64,000 bases of DNA, taken from assembly GCA_963845755.1 (NCBI GenBank), contig CAWJTV010000011.1:576001-640000 (forward strand). The letters are read 5' to 3'. The DNA is from an uncultured Planctomycetota bacterium (lineage in GTDB: Bacteria; Planctomycetota; Planctomycetia; Isosphaerales; Isosphaeraceae). Below the pieces are notes generated by a model. The model had not been told where the DNA came from. It did no database searches and worked only from the letters and a program-made list of their open reading frames with translations. Made by a program: the position numbers and the translations under genes. Below are positions 63,446 to 64,000 of this stretch, piece by piece; position 1 is the first letter of the stretch; the number at the start of each line of letters is the position of its first letter.

Positions 63446-64000
63446 CTAGCCACTGGGTTTCTGGTAAAGCCACGGCGAGAGTTTCGTCAGGGGGTCGAGC
63501 ATGGTGTAGATCCCCTCGGTGGGGCCCACGACCAGGTAACCGCCCGTGTTCAGGGCGTCGATCAGGTTGCGGACGACGACCTCCTTGGAGTCCTTATCGA
63601 AATAGATCAGCACGTTTTTGATGAAGATGCAATCGAACGGCTCCTCCTTGAGGGGGGAGAGCAGGTTGTGTTGCTTCCAGGTGACGAGCGCCTTGACGAC
63701 CGCCTTGACCTTCCAGCGCCGGGCGGGCTCGTCCTCGTCGAAATAGGCCAGTCGCTGGTCGGGCTCGACGAGTCGGATGGCGCGGGCGTCGTAGCCGCCG
63801 GTCCGGGCGGCGGCCAGGACCGAGCCGCTCAGGTCGGTTCCCAGGATCGTGGTGCGCCATCCGGCGAACGTCGCCTTCTTCTGCAGGATTTTCAGGGCGA
63901 TCGAGTAGGGCTCTTCGCCGGTGCTGCACGCCGCCGACCAGATGCGCAGCGACCTGGGCCGTCTCCGCAGCGCCGCCTGGTTGGCGATCTCGGGGAGGAA
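63446..64000 (-). CDS. cheR: Chemotaxis protein-glutamate methyltransferase (5' end outside the window)
   Basis: Hand-translated: LRIWSAACSTGEEPYSIAL, ILGTDLS, QHNLL, FDCIFIKNVLIYFD, GGYLVVGPTE; TAG at 63446-63448. Confidence 0.93.
   Translation of the reverse strand, partial: FLPEIANQAALRRRPRSLRIWSAACSTGEEPYSIALKILQKKATFAGWRTTILGTDLSGSVLAAARTGGYDARAIRLVEPDQRLAYFDEDEPARRWKVKAVVKALVTWKQHNLLSPLKEEPFDCIFIKNVLIYFDKDSKEVVVRNLIDALNTGGYLVVGPTEGIYTMLDPLTKLSPWLYQKPSG

Noticed and set aside
1..64000. Widespread frameshifts as pseudogenisation or programmed recoding
   Set aside because: They hit unrelated genes including sthA and cheB, are mostly single-base indels, some compensate each other, and in-frame stops are largely absent. 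Sequencing error is the simplest explanation.

Overview
High-GC bacterial DNA, very probably from a planctomycete (inferred, Isosphaeraceae-like). The clues are LEPR-XLL-type secreted proteins, PEP-CTERM proteins, ECF-sigma/Ser-Thr-kinase pairs, a PVC-type heme CxxCH protein and Uma2 endonucleases. Most long genes, housekeeping ones included, carry single-base frameshifts, which I read as uncorrected long-read errors, so I rebuilt genes across frames. From left to right: a TPR membrane protein; a metallohydrolase/dehydrogenase/cytochrome c fusion; and a candidate defence locus. That locus holds a broken DUF4160-DUF2442 toxin-antitoxin pair, two coupled RelE-like genes and a CHAT-TIR-STAND-TPR NLR-like gene, followed by an unexplained array of nested palindromic 14-mers. 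Next come small enzymes and membrane proteins, an FHA-pseudokinase, an ECF-kinase-WD40 module with divergent surface-protein genes, and further toxin-antitoxin modules and remnants. Then sthA, an LRR protein, three tandem beta-helix surface proteins, a CPA2 antiporter, an ECF-kinase-(TPR-CHAT-PDZ) operon and a cheR-A-C-D-Y-B cluster. At least four families of REP/MITE-like palindromic elements occur, three of them inside genes. I found no rRNA, tRNA, CRISPR array or transposase. Domain names come from motif recognition, not database searches.
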